Shown: piece by piece, positions 8,483 through 17,011 of the stretch
Layout: each line of letters starts with the position of its first letter
Numbering within the stretch: position 1 is the stretch's first letter
Source: an uncultured virus (IMG/VR IMGVR_UViG_3300031912_000006)
Taxonomy: Duplodnaviria > Heunggongvirae > Uroviricota > Caudoviricetes
IMG/VR virus record: IMGVR_UViG_3300031912_000006
Length of the DNA stretch: 20,000 nt
Reading direction: 5' to 3' (one strand)
Made by a program: the position numbers and the translations under genes
The notes under the pieces: generated by a model
Seen by the model: only the letters and a program-made list of their open reading frames with translations
The model's database searches: none
Told to the model about the DNA's origin: nothing

Positions 8483-9232
8483 TTAACCGAAATTGCCGGC
8501 GCTCTGGCCAACAGGGCTGCGGCGCTTGAGGTTGCGTCCTTCGCGCTTCGCCTCTTGCAACGCACCACGACCAACAGGCTGGCCATCGACAGGAGCAGAG
8601 CCGGAGTCGTCACCGTCGGCACCGGAAGATGCAGCTTCGGCATCCTTGGCTGCCTTCTCAGCCGCCTTGGCGGCCTTGTCGGCTTCGGCCTTGGCGGCCT
8701 TGTCTGCCTTCTCCTGCTCGCGCTTCTGGCGCTTCTCTTCACGCTCCTGCTCTGCCTTCTCGCGCTTCTCGTCGCGCTCTTTGGCTTTGCGGTCGCGCTC
8801 AGCTTCGGCGTCAGCGCGCTTCTGGTCCTGCTCAGCAATTTTCGCTTCGCGGTCCTGGCGCTTCTTCTCCTGCTCCGCTTCGCGGTCCTGACGCTTCTTG
8901 TCAGCTTCGGCCTGCTTGTCGGCGCGGGCCTGGTCTGCTTCGGCGCGCTTCTTGTCGGCGTCGATACGCGATTGCTCGCGTGCAGCCTTCTCGTTGGCAT
9001 AACGCTGCTCGCGCAATGCCTTTCGCTCAGCTGAGCGGCCCTTGCTCCCTTGCCACTCGCCGTGCAACACGATTGCGGCCGCGACGTGATCGACAGGAAT
9101 GGTCAAACCTCCAGCAGCGAGCCATCTTTGGAATGACTCATGCGCCTCTGTCGGCTTGACCTCTTTGGTGACCTGCTTGCCGAGATTGTCCGTATAAGTT
9201 ACGGTCGCTCCCGCCGTAGTAGCTTCGCTCAT
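8483..9232 (-). CDS. Hypothetical protein with long charged (K/R/E/A/Q) coiled coil
   Basis: Start moved to ATG 9232 (GAAAGGA 7 nt upstream); repeats such as ADKKR and EKKRQDRE. Confidence 0.8.
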   Translation of the reverse strand: MSEATTAGATVTYTDNLGKQVTKEVKPTEAHESFQRWLAAGGLTIPVDHVAAAIVLHGEWQGSKGRSAERKALREQRYANEKAAREQSRIDADKKRAEADQARADKQAEADKKRQDREAEQEKKRQDREAKIAEQDQKRADAEAERDRKAKERDEKREKAEQEREEKRQKREQEKADKAAKAEADKAAKAAEKAAKDAEAASSGADGDDSGSAPVDGQPVGRGALQEAKREGRNLKRRSPVGQSAGNFG

Positions 9233-9299
9233 TGGCATATCCTTTCGTATTGGCGAAGTCGATAACGGAGCCAACGCTACCCGTTTACCATGGTCGTGT

Positions 9300-9330
9300 C
9301 TATAGTTTAGCCAGGTTTCGACAGGTTTCT
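9300..9330 (-). promoter_or_regulatory. Candidate promoter: -10 TAAACT preceded by a tandem GAAACCTG repeat
   Basis: - strand reads GAAACCTGTC GAAACCTGGC TAAACT ATAG in the 9233-9358 intergenic gap. Confidence 0.4.
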
Positions 9331-9358
9331 TACCCACTTTCTGCCAAGAATTGCGGTG

Positions 9359-9652
9359 CTATTCGCGGTCTCCACGTACCCGTTTGACACGCCGCATTCG
9401 GTGTACCTTAGCCGGGGCGCCACCATCTAGCCGCATCGTACGGCGGCCAGAGTCGTGTAGCATCCGTCGTATCTCGTTGCGTCGCTCTTCAGCTTCTTCC
9501 TGATTGACAATTCGATCCATCAGTGCCGAAAGCTCTTGCGGCTCAACAACTTTCGTAAACAGATTTCGAGACAAAAAAGGCCGCGCCCAGAGGCCCAGCG
9601 CGAAGCTGAGCATGGACGCGGCCCCAATTGCCGCATAAGCGATTTCAGTCAC
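9359..9652 (-). CDS. Small membrane-anchored protein
   Basis: N-terminal hydrophobic helix IAYAAIGAASMLSFALGLW; GTGA overlap with the helicase. Confidence 0.7.
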   Translation of the reverse strand: MTEIAYAAIGAASMLSFALGLWARPFLSRNLFTKVVEPQELSALMDRIVNQEEAEERRNEIRRMLHDSGRRTMRLDGGAPAKVHRMRRVKRVRGDRE

Positions 9653-11595
9653 GGGTGAAGCAACTCCTTAGTGAAGCCCACGCCGCGCTGCCCATCTATG
9701 ATTGACTTGATGCTAACCTCCTTGTCTAAGTTGGCCTTTGCGATGCCCTCTTCAATCGTTCCGCGAGAGAACACCTTCCAGATCACAACTTGGTGGATAC
9801 GGGATAGCCGGTGGAGCCTATCTTCCACCTGCTCTTGATCGCTCGTGTTCCAGGTTTCATCCAGTAGCACAAGCTCGTCGGCAGCGTCCAGCGTAAGCGA
9901 GACACCGCCAGCGGTCGTAGTAAGAAGCAGTACGCGGGTGTCACTCGTTAGATTCTCTTGCCAATCCGACTTGATGTCTTCGCGCTTCTTATCCGACGTA
10001 TCACCAGTGAATACGTGAGCCTTGATTCCCTTCTCGCCCAGCCCTTTCGCAAAGGCATTGATCAGCTGCGAGAATTGGGAGGACACAACCACTTTGGGCA
10101 CACCCACGCGCTCGTCGTAAGGTAGACCCGCCAACTCACCGTCGATACCGCGCTCATCCAGCATCTCCAGCAACCAGTCGAACTTGTTACTGGGTAACGT
10201 CGGGATGAACTGCTCACCGGCCATCATGCCGTAGCTACCGGCGAATTGCTTCAACCGGGTTAGCTCCGCCAAGATACCGTTCGTTACGAGCGTGCCGCCC
10301 TCCAGATCAGCTTCAGCCTTCTTGACCATAGACTCGTAAGCAGCTGCCTGCTTCGGTTCCATGTCCAGCCAAACCGCAACCGGCCCACCAGGTATCAACG
10401 GCCAACCGCCGTATAGCTTGGCGGGCAAGTCACTTGCCACTTCTTCTTTCGTGCGACGGATCATAACGTTGCGAGCCTCATCATACATCGCTTCGGCGTC
10501 GATCATCTTTCCGATTTGCTGCCCGTAGCCATCGTGCCACGTGTTGAAGTGTCGCTTGATCCAGTTCCAGTAGCTCCGGTAGTTATCCGGCCGCAACCAG
10601 TTCAGCTGACCCCACAGGTAGTATTCCTTGCCACGGAAAGGCGTGCCCGACAACGCAATTCGCAGACCATCCTTACGGACGTTCAACGCGCCCAGGCCAA
10701 GCCGTTGCGCGCTCTGCTTCTTCTTGTTGCCGGTGGCTCCCGCTAACGTCTGGTGTGACTCGTCCACCACGATGGCGGACCACTCGACACCAAACAGCTC
10801 AAGAACCGTTTCACGTACGGCGTGAATGACCTTCTCGCCGTTGACCTTCTCGTAATTACCGTACTCATCCACCTTCGCACGAATGCGAACGTAGTTGGGC
10901 GAAGTAATCAGCCAGCACCGCTTGCCGCCGTGTTCGACGGTAGCCAGCGCTGCCTTGACAGCTTCCACGCGACCACTCGGACTCAGCTTGGAGTCAAGAG
11001 TGATCACGTTATCCGTTGGCAACCAACGCTTTAGCTCCTGCGGCCAGGTTAACTGAACCGCTGCTTTCGGCGCTACGACGAGGATGGGGCCACTAATATC
11101 AGCCTCCACTATCGCCGCGATGGTCTGAATGGTCTTACCCAGGCCCGGTTGGTCAGCGATCAAGCACGAACGGTTCCGTGCCGCGAACGCCGCGCCTACC
11201 GTTTGGTATGGCCTTGGCGGGTAACCCAATTCAGGAATGCCTTCCGACATAATCTTCCAGATGTCCGGCGCGTGCTCTCGAACACGTGGCAGGTCAACAA
11301 GATCCATGGATTGTACATCCGGTATCGTGTCCTGGTGCGACTTCTCGTGAGTAGCCCACTCGACTAGCGCCGCTGTCATTTTCAGATCAGCGCCAAACTT
11401 GTTGGCTACCTTACGTGCTCCAGTACACGAGTCCCAGTGGATAGGAAACTGCCAGCGCGCCTTATCGCGGTTCCACCTAGCAGGGCCAGGCAGGTACGCT
11501 TTCAGAGCGGCATTCGCGTCAGGATCGTAACGGTCAGTCATGATCCAGATGCAGTCATCGTCTAGGCCGATAGCCCACAGTCGCTTCTTAGCCAT
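9649..11595 (-). CDS. SNF2-family DNA helicase
   Basis: ADQPGLGKT, VVDESH, LSGTP, GGVSLTL and EQVEDRLHR motifs. Confidence 0.93.
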   Translation of the reverse strand: MAKKRLWAIGLDDDCIWIMTDRYDPDANAALKAYLPGPARWNRDKARWQFPIHWDSCTGARKVANKFGADLKMTAALVEWATHEKSHQDTIPDVQSMDLVDLPRVREHAPDIWKIMSEGIPELGYPPRPYQTVGAAFAARNRSCLIADQPGLGKTIQTIAAIVEADISGPILVVAPKAAVQLTWPQELKRWLPTDNVITLDSKLSPSGRVEAVKAALATVEHGGKRCWLITSPNYVRIRAKVDEYGNYEKVNGEKVIHAVRETVLELFGVEWSAIVVDESHQTLAGATGNKKKQSAQRLGLGALNVRKDGLRIALSGTPFRGKEYYLWGQLNWLRPDNYRSYWNWIKRHFNTWHDGYGQQIGKMIDAEAMYDEARNVMIRRTKEEVASDLPAKLYGGWPLIPGGPVAVWLDMEPKQAAAYESMVKKAEADLEGGTLVTNGILAELTRLKQFAGSYGMMAGEQFIPTLPSNKFDWLLEMLDERGIDGELAGLPYDERVGVPKVVVSSQFSQLINAFAKGLGEKGIKAHVFTGDTSDKKREDIKSDWQENLTSDTRVLLLTTTAGGVSLTLDAADELVLLDETWNTSDQEQVEDRLHRLSRIHQVVIWKVFSRGTIEEGIAKANLDKEVSIKSIIDGQRGVGFTKELLHP

Positions 11596-12194
11596 TAGCC
11601 AACGCTCACAATCGAATCCAGATACACGGCGTGGTAGCCGTAGTTATCGCAAAACGAAATTTGGCGCGGCGCACCATTGTTGACAACGCGGAACATCTTC
11701 CCGCCAACCAGCGCTGAGCTCAACGCTCCGCTAATCCGGTTGACCCAGACGATGCTCTTGTTGTTGAGTACTGCCTTGACCTCTTCATCGCTAGATTCGT
11801 GATCAAAAGGCAACGTACCCTGTACTGCTGCAATGGTTTCCGCTGCTGCCTCGACTTTATCGGGCGTACGTTTCCGCACAGCCGTCTTAAGCCGCTCGGC
11901 GCTCGGCGGTTTAGCCGCGATGTTGGCGGCCGCAGATACGTTCTGGCACTTGATGCTATCGCCTGCCAGGGTGTAGACTGCTTCGATGAACTTACCAGTC
12001 TCCTCATTCCACGAGATGCTCATGGTTTCGTTGTCCCCACGGCTCGCTTGTAGATTGAGCATGCCGTCGGTAGTGGTCCAACCGCCCTTCCAGCCGTACG
12101 CTTTCGCGTAGTCGCCAAAGTGAGCGGCCTTGTCCATGGCTGTAGAGCCATGAGACCTGTATCCACTTGGGTTACGAATAACCCTCTCCATCAT
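11595..12194 (-). CDS. Hypothetical protein
   Basis: Preceded by the conserved leader; TAATG coupling to the helicase. Confidence 0.85.
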   Translation of the reverse strand: MMERVIRNPSGYRSHGSTAMDKAAHFGDYAKAYGWKGGWTTTDGMLNLQASRGDNETMSISWNEETGKFIEAVYTLAGDSIKCQNVSAAANIAAKPPSAERLKTAVRKRTPDKVEAAAETIAAVQGTLPFDHESSDEEVKAVLNNKSIVWVNRISGALSSALVGGKMFRVVNNGAPRQISFCDNYGYHAVYLDSIVSVG

Positions 12195-12199
12195 GAATT

Positions 12200-12289
12200 C
12201 CCTTTCGGTTGTTGTGTTTTCGGGTGCTAAGACGACACCCTAGATAGCTACCGGGAGCCACCCGATAGCCACCTAGCACGGTCCTTAGC
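12200..12289 (-). promoter_or_regulatory. Hairpin-leader unit 7
   Basis: 16-bp inner stem CTAGGTGGCTATCGGG/CCCGGTAGCTATCTAG (3 G.U), outer GCTAAG/CTTAGC; then AAAACACAACAACCGAAAGGG. Confidence 0.8.
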
Positions 12290-12298
12290 TTACTCTCT

Positions 12299-12318
12299 TA
12301 GCCCGGTTCGGGCTAGCC
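12299..12318. repeat. Palindromic motif TAGCCCG-GTT-CGGGCTA (operator-like, copy 1)
   Basis: CCGGTTCGGGCT core recurs at 17262 and 17401. Confidence 0.6.
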
Positions 12319-12501
12319 CGCTTCGACTTCCGAATCTGTCAAAAGCTGGCTCTCCCTTACCCATTGAGACCAGGAGTGGTTATTGTGCGGTGGAGCCGGG
12401 GCAAGCCGTACTTTGGCCCACCCCGGTATCCGCTTGACTATCTCGCACGGAGCGATATAGCCATCAGGATGTCTTGTGCCGCCTGGAAATTCGACGTACA
12501 T
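12313..12501 (-). CDS. Small hypothetical protein (possibly SH3-like beta fold)
   Basis: TGATG coupling to the upstream gene; fills the gap up to the hairpin unit. Confidence 0.7.
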   Translation of the reverse strand: MYVEFPGGTRHPDGYIAPCEIVKRIPGWAKVRLAPAPPHNNHSWSQWVRESQLLTDSEVEAG

Positions 12502-12986
12502 CAGCAGTACACCACCTCACCAAACAGGCCCAGCTGAACCACGAGGTCTGCGACATCCGCGTCGGAGTCTCCATCTTCGCCGTTCGATAGCCATTGGGTA
12601 ACGGCTTGCCGGAGATACTTCCGGCTGAACGGTGCGTCTGGGTCCTCTGACTTAGTAGCTTCAATCACCTTGTCTACGAACAGGTTCATGCCGCGTTCCA
12701 TAACTTTCAGGTCAACGGTCAATTCGCCTGCGCCGCAGTCGAGTTTGATTGGGTCGCCGGCAATCCGCGGCTGGTATGCCTTATCGACGCCCCAGTTGCC
12801 ATCGTCATCGTTAGCCGATAACACCGCAAAGAAGCCATTGATGTCGCCTGCTGGATCGCCACCGGCCTTGTCGTTGGCCCAGTGGTATTCCTCAGCGACA
12901 GACCAATATCCAATTCCGCCCTCCAGAGCGGTCGTGAACATGTACAGGAGAAACCGCTTGCGGTCGTCTGTCATCGTCGTGGTCAT
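12501..12986 (-). CDS. Hypothetical protein
   Basis: Coupled overlaps on both sides; TALEGGIGYW ... DADVADLVVQLGLFGEVVY. Confidence 0.85.
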   Translation of the reverse strand: MTTTMTDDRKRFLLYMFTTALEGGIGYWSVAEEYHWANDKAGGDPAGDINGFFAVLSANDDDGNWGVDKAYQPRIAGDPIKLDCGAGELTVDLKVMERGMNLFVDKVIEATKSEDPDAPFSRKYLRQAVTQWLSNGEDGDSDADVADLVVQLGLFGEVVYC

Positions 12987-13159
12987 TTCACATCCATTTC
13001 GTGTAGTTCCGAAACACAGGCTGGGCAGCCCATGTACACCTGGTCACCGCTGCTGTTATGCGTCGATTCCCAAAGTCGGTGTCTGCCTACGTAATCCGCT
13101 GTCGGCTCAGTTTCAACCAAGCCACCAGCCTCATCACGCATGGCGTGTTTCATCCACAT
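12983..13159 (-). CDS. 58-aa hypothetical protein (not in the ORF track)
   Basis: ATG 5 nt after the conserved GAAAGGG; MWMKHAMRDE...MGCPACVSELHEMDVK; ATGA overlap with the next gene. Confidence 0.8.
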   Translation of the reverse strand: MWMKHAMRDEAGGLVETEPTADYVGRHRLWESTHNSSGDQVYMGCPACVSELHEMDVK

Positions 13160-13164
13160 ATCTT

Positions 13165-13232
13165 CCCTTTCGGTTGTTGGGTTGGGCGATTAGCCCGCAG
13201 GACGCAAGGACCAAAGCCCTTGCGCCCGCCGC
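13165..13232 (-). promoter_or_regulatory. Hairpin-leader unit 6 (GCGGC-stem-TGCGG class)
   Basis: GCGGC GGGCGCAAGGGC TTTG GTCCTTGCGTCC TGCGG ... CCCAACCCAACAACCGAAAGGG. Confidence 0.85.
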
Positions 13233-13240
13233 GCTTTCGC

Positions 13241-13891
13241 TCAGTAGCCGGGTGAACGTCTGCCGCCGCACCACGATTGACCATAGCAAGGTGGGGTGTA
13301 CCCACCTGGTCCCCAAGTACCCGGTACGCCAGGCGTAGTCGAGCAGTTTGGGTCTTGCAGCCAGCACGGAGTAGCACCGGCGCAAATCGCTCCCGGTGGC
13401 GGGTTATATTGCCCGTCACAGGAATACGGAGCGGTCTTGTAGCTCACGACTTGGCCCGGTATCGCGCCCGGTACGCCAGGCACCGTAGTAGCCGGACAGC
13501 CGGGTGGCTTCGGGTTCATGTGGTCGCAGAAGTACTGCTGGTACTGATCTGGTCCCCACGATGTAGTCGGTAGCGTTCCACCAGGCGGCACCATAGGTAC
13601 GCCAGGAACTGTCTCCTGACAACCTATCGTGTAACCGCACGGCCCAGTCGGCGCAACGGTAGTCGTTGGCGCCGTTGTGGTTCCGCACCCTGGCCCTGCT
13701 GCATCGTTCCAGCAATTCCCGTTAGGACTTGGTGTATCTAGATTCGTTGTCGCCGTAACCGTTACCGTCTTTGTTGACGGTATCGGCTGTAACGGCGGCA
13801 CGTTCGTGCTGGATTTATTGTTGGGCGAGAACGCGATACAGACGGCCAAGAACGCCGCCATTATCCCGACTGCCAACAGCAATCGTTTCAT
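13241..13891 (-). CDS. Exported or membrane-anchored Pro/Thr/Gly/Cys-rich protein
   Basis: Signal/TM segment MKRLLLAVGIMAAFLAVCIAF; 12 Cys in six close pairs; PGVP three times. Confidence 0.8.
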   Translation of the reverse strand: MKRLLLAVGIMAAFLAVCIAFSPNNKSSTNVPPLQPIPSTKTVTVTATTNLDTPSPNGNCWNDAAGPGCGTTTAPTTTVAPTGPCGYTIGCQETVPGVPMVPPGGTLPTTSWGPDQYQQYFCDHMNPKPPGCPATTVPGVPGAIPGQVVSYKTAPYSCDGQYNPPPGAICAGATPCWLQDPNCSTTPGVPGTWGPGGYTPPCYGQSWCGGRRSPGY

Positions 13892-14124
13892 TCGTCCACC
13901 TCATCCTCATCCTCATCAGCCGCTTGGAACAATTCGCTGAATGAATACAGCTTGCCAAAGTTCGCACCGTGGCCATTGTTCGTCTGCTCAAGTACGACTT
14001 CGGCATCTTCGCCGTAGTCGCAAATCGCCATCTCGACAGCTTCTTTGAGCTCTTCAAGCGACATTCCATTGACTTGGTCAGGACCATACCCCAGGTTACC
14101 CTGGAACATCATCGTTACCTTCAT
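13888..14124 (-). CDS. Small acidic hypothetical protein
   Basis: Leader motif 5 nt before ATG 14124 (alternative start 14127); ATGA overlap downstream. Confidence 0.8.
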   Translation of the reverse strand: MKVTMMFQGNLGYGPDQVNGMSLEELKEAVEMAICDYGEDAEVVLEQTNNGHGANFGKLYSFSELFQAADEDEDEVDE

Positions 14125-14129
14125 CATTT

Positions 14130-14198
14130 CCCTTTCGGTTGTTGGGTTTTGGGTGTTATACCCTGGATACCCTGCGACCGTAGCCGCAGGGCACCCAG
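14130..14198 (-). promoter_or_regulatory. Hairpin-leader unit 5
   Basis: 16-bp stem CTGGGTGCCCTGCGGC/GTCGCAGGGTATCCAG with a C(UACG)G tetraloop; then CCAAAACCCAACAACCGAAAGGG. Confidence 0.85.
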
Positions 14199-14214
14199 CA
14201 TATTCACTCGGAAG

Positions 14215-15228
14215 TTATTGAAGCTCACCAGCTTTCCGGTGGCGAACTTCGCCGTCAGCCCTGAGGTTGACTTTTTGAGCGGCAGCGTTACCGCGCTCCC
14301 ACGCCGTTTCGTCGTAGTTGTCGCTTGCCTTGATCCGGTAACGGCGTCGGGGCAGCTTCGCTCGGTAAGCTGCGTCCTCAGCCATCATCTTCCGTATCTC
14401 GTCGCCGAACAACCGCTCAAACTCCTCATCGACGTACTTAGCCGTGCTCCGTAGCGCCGGCAGTAAGTCGCCCACGGTAACCTTCTCCGCTGCGGCCCGC
14501 ATAGTACGGAGCCGCTGAGAGATGGTGCCCGCGAAGGACTCTGCGAAGCTGGAGCGATAAGCCTTGTGCCGCTGAGTATGTGGCGTGTAGTCCCCCAGCC
14601 CAGCTTCGCGCATGTACTTCTTGACTTCGCGCTTGAGCATGGACGGAGAGTTAGCGGAGTAGCTGTTAGTGGCCGGGTCAGGAACATCCGCACCGTTACG
14701 GTACGCAATCTTCCAGATTTCGTTCCACTTGAGACCAGCCCGTGTGAGGTGAAACAGATTGTAGCCCAAGGACTGTGAAGCATTCCAGCTTGGGTTAACG
14801 CTCATCACGAACTCACGAAACACCCGAAACCAAATCGCTTCGGCGTAGGCGATGTCTTCGGGATAACCGACTATCGTCCAGACTTCGGTGTCGTAGTCGG
14901 TGTGCCCGTTCTCATCAGTACCCCACGCCAGCCTTGGGTAGAAGCGAATGTTGTTGTGCTTCAAGATCGCAATGATCAGGGAGCGTACCGCGCTATTGAA
15001 CTCGCGGTTCTCCCTACCCAAGGTCACGGTCCAGGTGTCCTTGATTGGCTTCGTTTTGGCCTGAGACCCAAGGTCTTTCAGGTCATTGAATCGGTCGATC
15101 ATGTGTTGGGCCATGAGGTTCTCTGCGTTCTGGGCAGCCAATTCGCGCTCCGCTTCGGTAGCGTTCTCGTCGGCAGCCAGCGCCAAGAGCTTCATGACCC
15201 TTTGGATCGCCTGATCTTTCGTTGCCAT
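14215..15228 (-). CDS. DUF2786-domain protein
   Basis: N-terminal IQRVMKLLALA...TEAERELAAQNAENLMAQHMID matches the DUF2786 pattern. Confidence 0.8.
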   Translation of the reverse strand: MATKDQAIQRVMKLLALAADENATEAERELAAQNAENLMAQHMIDRFNDLKDLGSQAKTKPIKDTWTVTLGRENREFNSAVRSLIIAILKHNNIRFYPRLAWGTDENGHTDYDTEVWTIVGYPEDIAYAEAIWFRVFREFVMSVNPSWNASQSLGYNLFHLTRAGLKWNEIWKIAYRNGADVPDPATNSYSANSPSMLKREVKKYMREAGLGDYTPHTQRHKAYRSSFAESFAGTISQRLRTMRAAAEKVTVGDLLPALRSTAKYVDEEFERLFGDEIRKMMAEDAAYRAKLPRRRYRIKASDNYDETAWERGNAAAQKVNLRADGEVRHRKAGELQ

Positions 15229-15233
15229 AATAT

Positions 15234-15302
15234 CCCTTTCGGTTGTTGGGTTTTGGACTGACTAGTCCGCAGGGCACACCGGAAACCCGGTGTACCCGCC
15301 GC
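15234..15302 (-). promoter_or_regulatory. Hairpin-leader unit 4 (GCGGC-stem-TGCGG class)
   Basis: GCGGC GGGTACACCGG GTTT CCGGTGTGCCC TGCGG ... CCAAAACCCAACAACCGAAAGGG. Confidence 0.85.
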
Positions 15303-15315
15303 ACTTTCAGTCGAT

Positions 15316-15540
15316 TTACTTGGTCTCTTCAATCGTTACGTCCAGGAACAAGCCCTTAGACGCCATGGACACCGACAGCTCGTTGGCGCGCTTCTTGCTT
15401 TCGGTCGTAACGCTAACCTTGCGGCCGGCAGTGCCATTCCGGTACGGCTTACCCTTCGGCATCGTGCTCTCGTGGTGGGTAAACACCGGGTTGTCAGGAT
15501 CGAAGTGGGGAGTAGGAACAGTCCCAGTTACCTTGTACAT
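15316..15540 (-). CDS. 74-aa hypothetical protein
   Basis: Start moved to ATG 15540, 7 nt after the leader motif (MYKVTG...). Confidence 0.8.
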   Translation of the reverse strand: MYKVTGTVPTPHFDPDNPVFTHHESTMPKGKPYRNGTAGRKVSVTTESKKRANELSVSMASKGLFLDVTIEETK

Positions 15541-15547
15541 CGCAATT

Positions 15548-15622
15548 CCCTTTCGGTTGTTGGGTTTTGGGTTGGTAGAGATACCCGCAGGATGCTGGGG
15601 CCTAAGCCCCAGCACCCGCCGC
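15548..15622 (-). promoter_or_regulatory. Hairpin-leader unit 3 (GCGGC-stem-TGCGG class)
   Basis: GCGGC GGGTGCTGGGGC TTAG GCCCCAGCATCC TGCGG ... CCAAAACCCAACAACCGAAAGGG. Confidence 0.85.
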
Positions 15623-15626
15623 GTTC

Positions 15627-16271
15627 TCACCAGCCGTACTTCGCACGGCAGTCAGGACCGATACCGATTTCACGGCTCAAGTCGTTGGTCAGGCCGCGTC
15701 CGCAAACGCCGCACTGCTTGAACTCCTTGCCGTACAACGCACTTGCCTTAGCTGCGCCGTACTCCGCGATTTTGTTTGCGACCGCTTTCTGCGTCCCCAT
15801 CGCCAACCGCTTCTCGTAGTCGCTAACCATCAGCTTCACGAAAACGTAACCGGCCCACTTGCCTTCGGTCGGGCGGTCCACTTTGTAGAACGCGGTCTCA
15901 TTGATCGCGCCCTCTTCAGTCGGTATTCCGTACCGCCCTTCGGGCAGCACCGATACGTCGGGCCAGGGCAACGCCTCAGCCGGGGCAGCTTCAGCCGCAA
16001 CGCCTTTCGGCAGTGGTGCGTCTTTCAGCCTCTCCAGCAGGAAGTCAAACCCAGCCATCGTGATCTGCTTTTGGTCCTGCGACGCGAGAAGGATATTGAC
16101 CATTTCCGGTTCGTAGTCCTGCTCATCGCAAACGGCGAACGCGGCCTTGATCTGCTCCAAACGCGGATGGTGCTTCGGGTCGAAGTTAACCCACTCGCGC
16201 TGGATCAGGCTCTTCAGCCACTTCAGCTGCTTCGGAGAAGCCAGCTTTTGTTCCTTTGTCGCCATCGTCAT
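15627..16271 (-). CDS. DUF6011-domain zinc-finger protein
   Basis: C-terminal CGVCGRGLTNDLSREIGIGPDC; N-terminal ASPKQLKWL. Confidence 0.8.
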   Translation of the reverse strand: MTMATKEQKLASPKQLKWLKSLIQREWVNFDPKHHPRLEQIKAAFAVCDEQDYEPEMVNILLASQDQKQITMAGFDFLLERLKDAPLPKGVAAEAAPAEALPWPDVSVLPEGRYGIPTEEGAINETAFYKVDRPTEGKWAGYVFVKLMVSDYEKRLAMGTQKAVANKIAEYGAAKASALYGKEFKQCGVCGRGLTNDLSREIGIGPDCRAKYGW

Positions 16272-16278
16272 CTCAATT

Positions 16279-16356
16279 CCCTTTCGGTTGTTGGTTTTTG
16301 GTTAAAAGCTCGCGCTTCGCTCCGCAGGGCCAACGGGAAACCCGTTGACCCGCCGC
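16279..16356 (-). promoter_or_regulatory. Hairpin-leader unit 2 (GCGGC-stem-TGCGG class)
   Basis: GCGGC GGGTCAACGGG TTT CCCGTTGGCCC TGCGG ... CCAAAAACCAACAACCGAAAGGG. Confidence 0.85.
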
Positions 16357-16359
16357 AAC

Positions 16360-16680
16360 TTACGCGGTGTGGTTCAAACACCACTGACTCGGGCAAGGGC
16401 AGTTCGTCGCGCTGTGGTAGTACCCATCGTGCGAGTACAACCCAGCGTCGGCAATCGCCTCATCCCAAGTCTTAACCACCTTCCAGCCGCGTTGCTCCGC
16501 AGCTTTCAGGGCATCCTTACGAGTGTCGAACCGATCGAAAGTTAGTGCCGGCCAGTGGACTTCGCCACCGGCCACGATCTCTTTGTGCTCAAAGCTATAA
16601 CGCTTCTTAGTCGGAGCGTGGTACGTTCCGGCTTCGGTAGGGTCCCAAACTTTGCGCACCTTTACCTTCGCATAGATCAT
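16360..16680 (-). CDS. Hypothetical protein
   Basis: ATGA overlap with the upstream gene; His/Cys-rich C-terminus; stop 3 nt before the hairpin unit. Confidence 0.8.
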   Translation of the reverse strand: MIYAKVKVRKVWDPTEAGTYHAPTKKRYSFEHKEIVAGGEVHWPALTFDRFDTRKDALKAAEQRGWKVVKTWDEAIADAGLYSHDGYYHSATNCPCPSQWCLNHTA

Positions 16681-17006
16681 TTCGACAGCCTCTCAATCGC
16701 TTCGCGTGTTTCCGAAACACCAAGTGGCGCATCAGGACGTTCGACTAACTCAACGTCGGGATACTTGAAACACGCGGCTTCGTACACGTCCATCCACTCA
16801 AACCAGACCTCAACATCGTAGTAATCGTTCAACGTCGCGCTCATCACGCGCCCGATCTGCCCGATAAAGCTACGACCCGTGTCCGTCCAGTCGAAGGTGT
16901 CCTTATTCGTCGGATCAGTAACCACTCGCTTCGGAGAACCAATCTCCTCATCGACGTCAGTCACAGACACCACGCGAACCAGGTCACCATCTTTTAGCTT
17001 ACTCAT
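16677..17006 (-). CDS. Hypothetical protein (first gene after the control region)
   Basis: Leader motif 5 nt before the ATG; LKDGDLVRVV KOW/SH3-like start. Confidence 0.8.
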   Translation of the reverse strand: MSKLKDGDLVRVVSVTDVDEEIGSPKRVVTDPTNKDTFDWTDTGRSFIGQIGRVMSATLNDYYDVEVWFEWMDVYEAACFKYPDVELVERPDAPLGVSETREAIERLSK

Positions 17007-17011
17007 GAATT

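Noticed and set aside
8458..9159. Overlapping ORFs 8468..9034(+), 8493..8891(+), 8629..9159(+) and 8458..9000(-)
   Set aside because: Alternate-frame and antisense products of the low-complexity coiled-coil gene; no SD
13241..13891. Lipoprotein
   Set aside because: LAVC has Val at -1, so it is not a canonical lipobox, and the hydrophobic stretch continues past the Cys
13195..16356. Integron attC cassette array
   Set aside because: No RYYYAAC/GTTRRRY ends, hairpins too short, and no integrase in the window
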